This document shows positions 12,001 to 18,040 of a stretch of DNA of 64,000 bases, one piece after another. The stretch lies in the IMG/VR virus record IMGVR_UViG_3300035670_000089, positions 33,571 through 97,570 of that record; one strand, written 5' to 3'. Made by a program: the position numbers and the translations under genes. Within the stretch, counting starts at the first letter, position 1; every line of letters starts with the position of its first letter. This DNA is from a virus. A model generated the notes under the pieces. The model did no database searches. It was given only the letters and a program-made list of their open reading frames with translations, and was not told where the DNA came from.

Positions 12001-15000
12001 CACTCATTCGTTTGAAGTCTGAAGAACTTTCAGTACCACTAAAGACTTTAAGAGGTCCCTCAAAGAATCCTCTTACGAATCTATTCCCTTCTCCTTCTGC
12101 TCTACTGTCGGAGAACATGGTGTTATAAACGAGTCCGGCTAGACCAACTAGAGCCCCAGCTCTCACTATAGACATCCCTGCCAAACGCATTCTTATAGCG
12201 TTAGAGCGGACTAGTTTAGGTTCCGCATATCTCAAAACATCGTCTACCTGTTGGAATAACTCCTTACCTTTCCCGGGTAGTATTTTACCGGCTTCAACTT
12301 CATTAAAAGTCCCGCGGGCATATCTATTTACCAACTCAGGCCATTTCTCCGCATCTAAGTCTCTGAGTACTGAGTCTCCATGTGCCGCCTTCGCCAGTAG
12401 ATTTAGAGCTTCATCCTGATAAGTAGCGTACATTTGACGCTGTGTCCCTCTTAAACTAAAGGGACTTATTCCGTATGAAGGGGGTGTATCTACAAAAGAT
12501 TTAGCGGAATCAAAGACCCGGCCTGAGTAAAGAGCAGTAGAGATAACGGTAGTCAAACCTACCGCCGCACCGATTCTATACTCATTCGCTTGACGTAAAG
12601 CCTCGTAGGGATTCGCCGTAGAGCCGACATTACTCAACCCCGCCGCTTCGTAATAAGAACCTAAAGAACTGTATTCTGAACCTTTACCGACAGCCCCAAA
12701 CCCTATAGCCGCTGCGAGTAGTAGTGGAGTCATTTTGCGGAAACTAGGTCCTAAGAACCGAGCGTCCTTAACGTCGTAGAATCGAGTTGATGTCCCAATA
12801 GAGCGCATCAATAGATTCGGCATAACAGTTTGAGGAACTTGAGACCACCGCGCTAGTTTCTCGTACTGCTCAACTCCTAATTGGAGGTAACCTAGTGCGC
12901 TTCTTGCGCCTTCTAGTTCCTTCTTAACCGAAGGAATACTACTTAAATGTGCCCAAGCACCACTTTGCTGTACACCCTGCCATATATTCCCGGCTACTCC
13001 GGCTGCTCCAACAAAGACTAGAGAACGAGTGAAGTACGAGTCTTTATCAAAGACCGGGGTAAAACTATCAAATAGATTACCTTGTAGATATGACTCTCTA
13101 GACTCGCGGGCTAACTCCTTAGTATCTCTAGTATCCTCTATACCCCCGGGATAGAGTCTCTGATACCGTTTCTCCGCCACCTGTTCCGCTCGAGTAGTTA
13201 CAGAATTAATTCGTAAAGATAGAGGATAACTAGGAATAGAACCCATCCCTAAAATAGGTAGGAACTGGAAGCCGGCGCTGAAAGCGTATTTATTCCCCTG
13301 AGGGTCTGTTTTACTCACCAGGGTTATTTGAAAGATTGGGTTAGGTTGTTGATGGGCCCAGGTATACCCAACACGTTCTTTACCTTTATCCGCCTGTAAC
13401 GCCCGGTCCGCCAACAGCCCTAACAGCGCAATATTAGCTAAACCACTCTTAGGTATATAACGAGTATTGAGAATATCTTGGTCTTCAACGTCTTCCCCCG
13501 TACGCTCTTTAGCTAATTTTTTATATTTATCCACAGTGCGGCGGATAGAAGAGGACATAGTGGTGGAGAATACAATATCCTCATCGGTCTTCAATCCTCC
13601 GTCATCCCCGTAGTCTTTCTTGAACACATTAGCAAGAGCCGCGGCGGTATTAAAACCACCTTGAAGGACAAACAAGGAAGCAATAGCTCCCACGGTGGCC
13701 ATACCAAAGCTAAAGCGAGTAACATTGCGCCCCTTCGTAAAGCGAGTGTTTATACTCTCTAACTGCTGCACTACAGCTTTATTCGATTCATCATTAAATA
13801 ACTTCTTAAACTCAGCGTCACTACGAGCAAAGGTAGATAGCCTGTCGTCTATCCGTAAAGAATAGAACATCTTACCCGAGGCTACACCAGCACCTAACAC
13901 TGTGGGTACTTTTAGCCAATCTGGGACTACCCCGGTGTACTGCACTTGCGAAAAATCAGCACTGCCGTCTTTAACGGTGTCCTTCGCATTTATACCGTAT
14001 AGCATTTGGGATATCAAATCTTGACCCCGGTTCTGCATTAGGTATTTATCTAACACACGGTCTACCGCTAATACAGCACCCACGGAAGCTAAAGCTTTTC
14101 TTCCGATAGCCGCGGCATGTACTGATTTGATGGTGTTACTAAGACCCTTATGTCGATAAGCGGAGAGTTGTTGGTGTCTTGAGAATAGATCGTCGTACTC
14201 AGTCAATACCTGCTGTATTCTATTCAAAGCAGGACTACTCGCGGTATCGTCGGCTAGTTGAGATAATAGATCACTATTACTCATTATCGCGGCGATAGCC
14301 GGTTCTTGATGTCTTAACTGTTTCCCTAAGTGGAGTATTTCGCCAGACTCTTTGAGGGTTTTAACTAAACCGTGCTCGTACATCCGGCGGGCGGTCAACG
14401 TTATATTCGACGATAACTCGATTAGTCCTTGGAAACCCGGGCCCAACGCCCCCTTTAAGGAGAGTACCTGATTGGGTAGAGGACCTTGATTCGCTTCCAC
14501 TAAGTCCGGTGTCCACGTTCCCGTAATCCCTCTAGCTTTTCTTACTCCCGGAAGATAATATATAGGATTGAACGCGATATATCTCGAGATATCATCCAAG
14601 TGCCGCGCGATATCCTCTAAACGTTGTTTCCCGAAGTTCATGGGTTCAATAGAGGAGAAGGTCTCCGACTTATACCTGATATATATAGGTTGAGACAAGA
14701 CTTCTCGGAGGCCTTTTACAGAGTTCTCAAAACTAAGTTGGGTCTCTACATCCCCTACAATCGATATAGACCGTAAGATCGGTTCAATAACATTCTCAAA
14801 GTTACTGTCGTCGAGTAGACGTAGTCTATTTACTACGTTTAAAGAACCGTATTGATTCGGAGCGGGGTCTCTATATAAACCAGACTCTAAGTCCATAACC
14901 CCGTCAGTAACCCCAAAGGTCTGTTTTTTAATGCGGTGGACTTCTTCTGCTATCTCCGTCGTCGCAACATCTAACTCTCCTTTCTTGACGGCATAGTTCC

Positions 15001-17347
15001 CTATACGATCTATTTCCCTCCGGAAAGTCTCCACACCCTCATCGGCGGGGTCTCCAGATTCCATTAAATTCTTTACAAACTGCAACGCAGTTTTATTATC
15101 CGAGGCATCGATAAACTCCTTAACTGCCCCGGCATCATTCATCTTACCGAGGATGGAGTATTCGAGCATAGCGTCAATTACGTTAGACCCGATTAAACCC
15201 TTGGCCGTAAATTTATCTGCAACAGCATTAAGAGAGTAGAACAAATCGCGGTGTTGCATCGGGAGTTGTCTTGCTCTAGCCCAACCAAAGAAACCCTTGT
15301 TAGTGGACGAGGACATAACTCTCTCCATACCGGCAGTCTCTAACTCCGCTTTAAAGATTGAGAGAGAGTGACTAAATCCAAAGTAGAAGAGTAAGGCGTT
15401 AGTAGTAGCACTAGCCGTAGAGTAGGAGGACGATATGAGAGTCTCGAAGAATCCCCTCTTCTCTTTACTCTCGTATTGAGATTTATGTAATCCTTGAGGG
15501 TCGTCCTCCAAAGCTTTACCTTTTTCCGCAGCGTAAAGCTGCTTCATCGTGTAATACCCTGTCAAATAATCTAAGGTACGCCCAAAGAGAGTTAGACCTG
15601 TACCCACCAAGCCGCGGTCTTTCTCGTAAGCCTCGGGGAATTTCTCGTTTATAAGTGCGCCCCATCCTCGTAGAGTACCCGGGCTAAGTTGTCTATCTAG
15701 AGAAGCATAAAGGGCATAGCGGAATTTATCCCCAGGCTCAGTGACATCATCTTTAGTTTTACCGGTAAGGCTATATATATAATCTTGGTATGGAGTGGGG
15801 CGTTCTCCTTTAAACATCGAGAAGAACCTATCGTCTATAGATGTAGGAAGATAAATCGTCCCGGTGGTCTCTCTTGATATTGTGTCCCCCATATCGGATT
15901 TATCGGTATACTTAGGCCTAAATAATGTGGAGAACAGTCCTCTATCATACGCAGTGGTTTTTGAGGATAGTTGTCGCCCAGAGAACAGTGGGAAGTTCCT
16001 CTCGTTAAGTTCCTTATTCTTAGTATTTAAATCAGGGTCAGGAGTATCCGTAGGCAATAAGGTCTTAGTTATACCTTGCGCTTGCCACCTCTCAATTTCT
16101 TTAATACCAGCTTTCGAGATATTAGGGTCGCGTATAACCACCCCAATCTCGGTCACAAAGTTATTACTACTTTTACTGAAGTTGTGGGAAGTGATATAGG
16201 ACCAGACATCGCTAAATATAGATTTAGCGTGAAGCATGACGTTAGCCTGCTCATCGGTTAACCTCACTTCTATCTTCGGACTTGAGTTCACCAAAGACAT
16301 TAGTAAGTCCGATTGTATCTCTGGACTAGTAGCGGCGGTTTTCCCCGCTGGATTATTAGACACAATTACTATCTTATTTATATCCGGGTCTTTACTCTTA
16401 GCAACCACCTCTTTAAATAACTCTTTATCGGTAGCCGCGAATAGAGTCATATATAAGTTACCTTTGGCAGACTGCACTAGCTCTTTATGTCTCTGCTGCG
16501 ATTCTCCACCTTTACCGCCAATAATTACATTAGGAAGATTCGGCGGAGTCTCCTTAGGGTCTTGAGCCGATTTGTTTATATACTGTATAGCCTGCTTTAT
16601 CTGCTTAACGACTGCATTATCTTCTATAACAGCGGAGAAGTTCAACTGTTTCGTCGTATTACTTTTTGTTTCCTGGGCTTCACCTAAGTTAGCAGTGGAT
16701 ATTAAGGCGACTTCATCAGAACGAGAGGTAGCCGCCGCTTTAGCGTGTCCGTGAGTATTGTCACCCTGAGTTCTACTCTCATAAGTTTTTCCCGCGTATA
16801 CACCCCTTATATTAGACCGTTCGGTTATCCTACCGCTAAGCATCCGACCTAAAGTAGGGGTATCCATAATTGCTAAAGACGCCGCAGTGGCAGCAGCGGC
16901 TCCCGCTAGTAGACCCGCTGCCCGAGCTACTCTATTTTTACCTAAGTTATACCCAACTACAGCACCGCCTGCAGCCGCTAAAACAGTAGGGACATAATTA
17001 TCATTAAGGGGAGTAACATCCGAGTAGACGTTGAGTTTACCTTTTAGGCCGTAGTCCTCTATATTAGCGCCCAAACTAACCGACATAAAGTTGCCGCTCT
17101 TTATATTTTCGGGAGAAGGGTCTTCAGCCAAGGAGTTTAATCTACGGTAAAGTCTATCCTCAAGACGTCGACTCTGCGTCGACATACTATAGTACGAACC
17201 GATTAAGCGGTCTTTCTTGTTATGCACTTTATCTAAGAAAGAAGAATAACCCTCTTCAGTCTTAGAACCAGAATAGAGAGTTACCTCCGACAATCCGGAG
17301 TAGGTAATACCTTCTTCAGTTCTGTTTACCTTGGTGCCCAAAACCAT
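1..17347 (-). CDS. Giant multidomain virion protein (tape-measure/ejection-like), >=5782 aa, 3' end beyond the window: tandem PLD, hydrophobic helices, HExxH peptidase, lysozyme, M23, M23-like, RlpA-like and L,D-transpeptidase-like domains
   Basis: ATG at 17347 follows AGGGG just after the stop of the upstream gene (MVLGTKVNRTEEG...). Manual translation of about 16100-17347, 4150-4750 and most of 1-2530 stays open in one frame. It is probably absent from the ORF track only because no stop is reached in the window. Motifs: HAK/ISTANL, HAKSIFSD/TSHNFS, HEQAH, AVGRYQFIPSTL/EWAS, HRGVD/HLHFE, ASYYG/RVNDNGP/FDLS, AVSG/PLPDGSY. Confidence 0.88.
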   Translation of the reverse strand, partial: MVLGTKVNRTEEGITYSGLSEVTLYSGSKTEEGYSSFLDKVHNKKDRLIGSYYSMSTQSRRLEDRLYRRLNSLAEDPSPENIKSGNFMSVSLGANIEDYGLKGKLNVYSDVTPLNDNYVPTVLAAAGGAVVGYNLGKNRVARAAGLLAGAAAATAASLAIMDTPTLGRMLSGRITERSNIRGVYAGKTYESRTQGDNTHGHAKAAATSRSDEVALISTANLGEAQETKSNTTKQLNFSAVIEDNAVVKQIKQAIQYINKSAQDPKETPPNLPNVIIGGKGGESQQRHKELVQSAKGNLYMTLFAATDKELFKEVVAKSKDPDINKIVIVSNNPAGKTAATSPEIQSDLLMSLVNSSPKIEVRLTDEQANVMLHAKSIFSDVWSYITSHNFSKSSNNFVTEIGVVIRDPNISKAGIKEIERWQAQGITKTLLPTDTPDPDLNTKNKELNERNFPLFSGRQLSSKTTAYDRGLFSTLFRPKYTDKSDMGDTISRETTGTIYLPTSIDDRFFSMFKGERPTPYQDYIYSLTGKTKDDVTEPGDKFRYALYASLDRQLSPGTLRGWGALINEKFPEAYEKDRGLVGTGLTLFGRTLDYLTGYYTMKQLYAAEKGKALEDDPQGLHKSQYESKEKRGFFETLISSSYSTASATTNALLFYFGFSHSLSIFKAELETAGMERVMSSSTNKGFFGWARARQLPMQHRDLFYSLNAVADKFTAKGLIGSNVIDAMLEYSILGKMNDAGAVKEFIDASDNKTALQFVKNLMESGDPADEGVETFRREIDRIGNYAVKKGELDVATTEIAEEVHRIKKQTFGVTDGVMDLESGLYRDPAPNQYGSLNVVNRLRLLDDSNFENVIEPILRSISIVGDVETQLSFENSVKGLREVLSQPIYIRYKSETFSSIEPMNFGKQRLEDIARHLDDISRYIAFNPIYYLPGVRKARGITGTWTPDLVEANQGPLPNQVLSLKGALGPGFQGLIELSSNITLTARRMYEHGLVKTLKESGEILHLGKQLRHQEPAIAAIMSNSDLLSQLADDTASSPALNRIQQVLTEYDDLFSRHQQLSAYRHKGLSNTIKSVHAAAIGRKALASVGAVLAVDRVLDKYLMQNRGQDLISQMLYGINAKDTVKDGSADFSQVQYTGVVPDWLKVPTVLGAGVASGKMFYSLRIDDRLSTFARSDAEFKKLFNDESNKAVVQQLESINTRFTKGRNVTRFSFGMATVGAIASLFVLQGGFNTAAALANVFKKDYGDDGGLKTDEDIVFSTTMSSSIRRTVDKYKKLAKERTGEDVEDQDILNTRYIPKSGLANIALLGLLADRALQADKGKERVGYTWAHQQPNPIFQITLVSKTDPQGNKYAFSAGFQFLPILGMGSIPSYPLSLRINSVTTRAEQVAEKRYQRLYPGGIEDTRDTKELARESRESYLQGNLFDSFTPVFDKDSYFTRSLVFVGAAGVAGNIWQGVQQSGAWAHLSSIPSVKKELEGARSALGYLQLGVEQYEKLARWSQVPQTVMPNLLMRSIGTSTRFYDVKDARFLGPSFRKMTPLLLAAAIGFGAVGKGSEYSSLGSYYEAAGLSNVGSTANPYEALRQANEYRIGAAVGLTTVISTALYSGRVFDSAKSFVDTPPSYGISPFSLRGTQRQMYATYQDEALNLLAKAAHGDSVLRDLDAEKWPELVNRYARGTFNEVEAGKILPGKGKELFQQVDDVLRYAEPKLVRSNAIRMRLAGMSIVRAGALVGLAGLVYNTMFSDSRAEGEGNRFVRGFFEGPLKVFSGTESSSDFKRMSAARRALGYSSPFAPANKENFIPNLLNLFTLGLFGDIRKMTGMYKDNPNPFANIFGAWGMSEGTETWRAYLQAQSPGADISQSKVYMNMESISADDAKVLSAILSTKGEYSDKAVAKIRGATPKKTPSRLYGKTTASEVQALGGSSRELAMAAEVREFYAQHAARQRGSELFIDYFLEMARSGRIENLKVGDVLVEGLKSVDWTKYDLDGIFQYVPGAESQQPGVLDLFLNTFNVGGRFLTTGSFEKPTMDFAGLMESRKQAQRGNIFSYFIEPLKMAYFPKLREYSSTNSKGEVEQKTVPFVGSTVIMTLTTALTFTAVTAATTFSLMTTVSAFAAFGEGGTIRGMEEKVAERIASIQNSNFTIVSSGDNFQVQGRQRQTKGARRLRLGSETLTVSTQNARKIQDQFVDLNSRLSSYVEDLPDRESEFVKQIDTLVESKKKPGVDIGKEVEDLTGRIKRELRDILLDASIDVNDGSTKRLLEFFIDSSSATGIDAAVDDLIEDKFGKLSSLITDEINSTHVTPQNKYNIIQNIAERILDIQDAILNSAIQDEGASHVPQRLPRKKISPREQREIARRLLNNRNASLFSMSTTDRVARVGYLGSLREAATGAFGLLGKAMEVATFYPVYSMVTQAASEKSPMERMRASEAAANMIIETGIGMTLLSFAAKSMFTPAGWVATGAILGGYFLDQKFNEGRITDSITKGVRHLDRHIFKPLANRVLAPIINTLVGVPVLNETLQVLGLPARALDPTITSLYRKFEGTPLAYITNAVLPETSEAWWNRDTKYSKGLITFQGPVPWETNERDISDYIAEKNRERYARAASTQAGLDDELVNPFLQGRINGFGEYTTYQRYFDTKGYAFRVLAPFGPKPYMSQLLTLAALRRNQLGDMLHGRPYRQRINETPFGSIGTAVVGSYVTNKIPQESVGSTSYTLAKVADNTAYAIRETPNVLRDTASTIYGNITAPFKGASIDTSGIMRMGGAIVSTGERIGDAFKGVLSGIGNNRVSRGALTGLITYGVLTAIFSNSLSDRERRKYRQIDPFIWGMSGAASFANSFMGPLTRQIKSGLDVVDTYFANQNIKKFEELSGLTAEELVNINNAQLNDMLKYKGIGRSALPFVFEYLGKGALVGGATFGLMQYGRSLVTSATGMSDEDYTKLSLGVSGATSVTYMGIKGGIRRGYERRMMNYAREAAKAREAGRTFKDLAPERVRIGRASSRMALGAGTGFLKGYFLTGFLYNFLHKDEDQTTEEYRDERRKWQFIGGGAYGATDAIRYGFKFSFRGIVQDARNILNPNYVPVRQNNIIFREVEDLFDPFGLRTVGLPILKGISKGIGGLVSSLANFTFRRGSAPNIPPTSPTTPLPPRPQQSLFHKIWGGVHEFLFGSQPFRNGLTTFLSESLPMAAKKAYDSSAFRPLRSLGRGTINALMSTGVDTALMSFSMWRLNSLGGYSDIQEYRAASRDVAGAAIGASVNLGSLILSGVTRGKINLSWAKQISTTMILQNSVGEFVGNWLGDRMYSERGTRRRSLIGKTISALPGIGDMLMPPSAYADEGTADESQVTTRDVVEFGVFGLAVAGIGYGVTTGAVSGWRYLNEVNKTRDLFMRSPFLKGDSLRFSPASAKTSRLPRLYASRVSPSRLKGTRYSSLYRGVASAGDDLVEEGVKSSVRSTQARVYREAARLTAERMARGGGRQAFSKAARNRMFQKELYRAASREATKEVAGRSLSGQIFRIVTSRAFDAAIAVVAAPFTLHSNSQAAENLRHYKTSPRQEIVDINKRNVTGIFTGLSVVPRIGTALNIIGSFASEVSGGFGQGQRYWQRLQRANITSQAEYVKYADSASKGGLTGALVGAGVGAVIGGLLGGFPGAIVGGIIGGYIGNYLGSVISQEAYLFNKEKNHDELYATIGGHALLAGGLYGAYKLGRSLWNRKLERDLKQTQEKAKTNIKEEMGATPQSPEETKTPVETAEPVEPAKPTPKPTPKPQPPETSAENTQKLNEEAAEERVETAKTILGEPPKPTPKPTPKPTPAPTPKPTPKPTPKPTPKPQTTSSKPSFAPAVLQYRSDQIDKYTSGQYSYEQLTLIEQDLTLRLSKDKRTGRTLSKNERLGIVAERAAVIAAKEQIIPPELKQIEDEAKAKKRQLQNETQQQREAVEAEAARKRAELESKPPTPLTPPTPPTPPTPALSEEEMIEAKYREKQKSSHDKFKDREEEIARKEAELAAKHKELEDLRSGKSPTPTTPTAESPGPVSKPTVESSKPTPPPLPPTKPTPTPPPLPPTKPTPQSKPDAETSKPPSESLRPIDHNLVYAGKAGMLQDLRAGADASRSARIFIESVDDDLLWEDGFDSLREREAKLRQSANETLNTDLVPNTGEVEAKVARELAQADYINERLNALQKSNDIQNLKGEAATQRVDLSNAGVRKQKVGLWDRLWNGPSFYFEERPDMVFRGDSFMQEEEIRFANEQIERMFPHEKAPTLEIVRDPKSTYKGYYDPRRHVVSVNLARGDTSLDILDTLVHEQAHAYNTRYTSKTDFFDSAKEYVSFLKETLLTNKLRSDFIEVSLESKQRRQYVYRGALSSSHHYAVGVLGVQTVEGTNYTRPNQDVVSQINKLAERAETGQLSIEDDRLFRKLTGGFIDELSAYNAAAEVYEEFPVNSVGKGLHTHEAPDKGFEAAYNRMMKAAGFDVQVEMGFKPPQRKKAPGGFVRVQKQSKAAGRRERWSNVRRGTAQGIDIQGLILDTIIDKTKGAADKAVSGVKTVASNLGRGVWEGSGKLETWGSKLDTRFGNVGVGGQAGFFGRFGQGLRAEFSMRGIVEGTFGVGKTDTGKFGLKGKGGAMALLGTGLQLADDILSGKSAGETATNFGMSILGGLAFGAAMAGLGAMAASSAAAIATLGTLGSVALMAYGIYSLTNQALDVGGKAYEKWWLKRKRTAEEQKDWEEQKQMLSMGFGVGTAMYVGSLAVLRSTEAEKRNSFTSRKVVEQSGLRVQTQRGRTLSSVGGGVSGVGSGVTSGALGDKTIYTPANDPALQLLSGVLSKETSLQKETKVKLPSKVNKLEKEEKSSKDKEKVNKAAQDAKKQKSTFAEEYKLYEDKLKGEKGPWRSILDFFGLAWKAVTGASRFIYEAKTKLFKGVADRIAGGMQAAFRAGNDFMGLIQGDVRGTFADILNMISAGEGDWGSFNRGKAGDSMNSSWESVFGKRVQETTLAEIMEAQSKGKVFAVGRYQFIPSTLAGAVKNTGIDPNTPFNEDTQMRLAVSLLQWKRPAIWKYITGQSDDIVAAQKALALEWASIEYGKSGRGAYDSVGGNRHSTSYEKSIEALIATRQRYAESGGNFVFDKGGMWSEASPDGVQVKGATQVKASDINSGYGMRVHPISGKRKMHRGVDVASVGGKGVDGMFISFTKDTVVTKVGYQEGGAGYWAELDAGNGMKFRVMHMRGQAFLKVGSTLKAGSAIGQVGSTGGSTGPHLHFETIINGAHTDSRPYVGFVLLGGKPNVEVKQPQTPPPAPKNTAKGGSQSQRMAEQTSVSTSRGAVGGLVSNGSAYKTPMKTIHGGGGDPYHIDFKIYGGVSDEQRVALMDAVARGYEAEGRRIEFSNRAVGGVVYRSTDSFKEKLRKIRAAQVAHRGHSSRFAMDFYVPIKGKARYTGKAKTSSTDGGANVNYIIPVIPGGYFTVGKQGRSGQQIIGYNAKGEAVYEFFHGAGMQPGTYRFQDAAPASQQSRPKEAFAPNIPVTPIPSPPGKSTPPQSQPKQQKSSGPAWIKTDKRASYYGRGDGFAGKGTATGEKMDPTAMTVAAKLVNGRPMFPYGTMIEIRNDDNGKSVVVRVNDNGPLTPRRMFDLSAGAFEKIAPIEQGEIRNMSYRVLSTPQSKKQKQQRSKPQQPKQQQRTNSRQTSQTQTRRYDQRLDLDTKLFPSLVTLVPTNRKTQHGSPIYSLQMWKNGKLVGAVDAVSGRPEHQRGNRDVAGSHRPLPDGSYTLARTPFRSNEKDVGGLFLPITPNFP
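5150..6090 (-). repeat. Pro/Thr-rich coding tandem repeats (PKPT, TPP) forming linkers in the giant protein
   Basis: 12-nt GGTTTAGGGGTA-type units at about 5865-5960 and 9-nt GGAGTAGGA units at about 5453-5500. More Pro-rich tracts lie at 5150-5300 and 6045-6090. All are in frame with the giant ORF. Confidence 0.85.
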
Positions 17348-17361
17348 ATACTGTCACCCCT

Positions 17362-17988
17362 CTAATACCGGATACGAGTTACGCCCTCTAAGTTATCTAA
17401 CTTATACTCCACCAAACGGTCTAAGGTTGCGGCGGGTTGATAATTCACACTTATCGTTGTCCCTACCGCGGGGGTACTGAGCCACGTTACTCTATTCCAC
17501 TCCGAGATAAAATCACTGGCGGGCGAGACATTATTTACCTGCCATACAAATATCGGGAGCGTTAAATACTGCTGCTCCTCTTCCACTACAAACGTATAGT
17601 TAAGAATCTTAGGGATAGGGGGGACTAACCAATGTTGGGTATCAATAGGGATCTGACTCCCTTGGCGGAAGTACTCCACAATATACCTCCCCTTCGGATA
17701 GTATAAATCCGAGGGTACTAACTGATAACGGAAGACTCCGTTCTCCGGTAATTTAATGGTGACCGAGTCCGAGAGGTGTTGTTGTAGACCCCGTTGACTG
17801 CTCCGCGGCGGCGTAATCCGCATAAAGTACTTTGGTTTATACTGCCCTCTTCTCTTATGATTTACATCCTGCTCTTCTGAATCCCTTAAAGCACTACGAA
17901 AATCAATGGCTACCGGCGTATACTTCTGCATTAAAGTATTCGCGCCTAAAGTATAACCAGAATAAAAGGGGTCTAAGTAATAAGTCAT
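17362..17988 (-). CDS. Hypothetical protein, probably structural (beta-rich)
   Basis: 208-aa ORF directly upstream of and co-oriented with the giant ORF; no recognised family. Confidence 0.6.
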   Translation of the reverse strand: MTYYLDPFYSGYTLGANTLMQKYTPVAIDFRSALRDSEEQDVNHKRRGQYKPKYFMRITPPRSSQRGLQQHLSDSVTIKLPENGVFRYQLVPSDLYYPKGRYIVEYFRQGSQIPIDTQHWLVPPIPKILNYTFVVEEEQQYLTLPIFVWQVNNVSPASDFISEWNRVTWLSTPAVGTTISVNYQPAATLDRLVEYKLDNLEGVTRIRY

Positions 17989-18001
17989 CGCCGGAAATAG
18001 G

Positions 18002-18029
18002 AGTATAAAACCTCTATCTCCAGCTTACT
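18002..18029 (-). promoter_or_regulatory. Candidate phage promoter AGTAAGCT-N14-TATACT
   Basis: Intergenic, ending 13 nt before the ATG at 17988. The same octamer with the same spacing to a TATA-like hexamer recurs at 51835-51862. Confidence 0.35.
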
Positions 18030-18040
18030 CTCGCGCTCCT

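Noticed and set aside
845-16754. Many short ORFs in the supplied track between 845 and 16754
   Set aside because: They are antisense or off-frame shadows of the giant minus-strand ORF and have no motifs of their own
1-17347. Alternative genetic code as the reason for the apparent 17-kb ORF gap
   Set aside because: The frame is open in the standard code wherever checked, and other genes end with TAA, TAG and TGA
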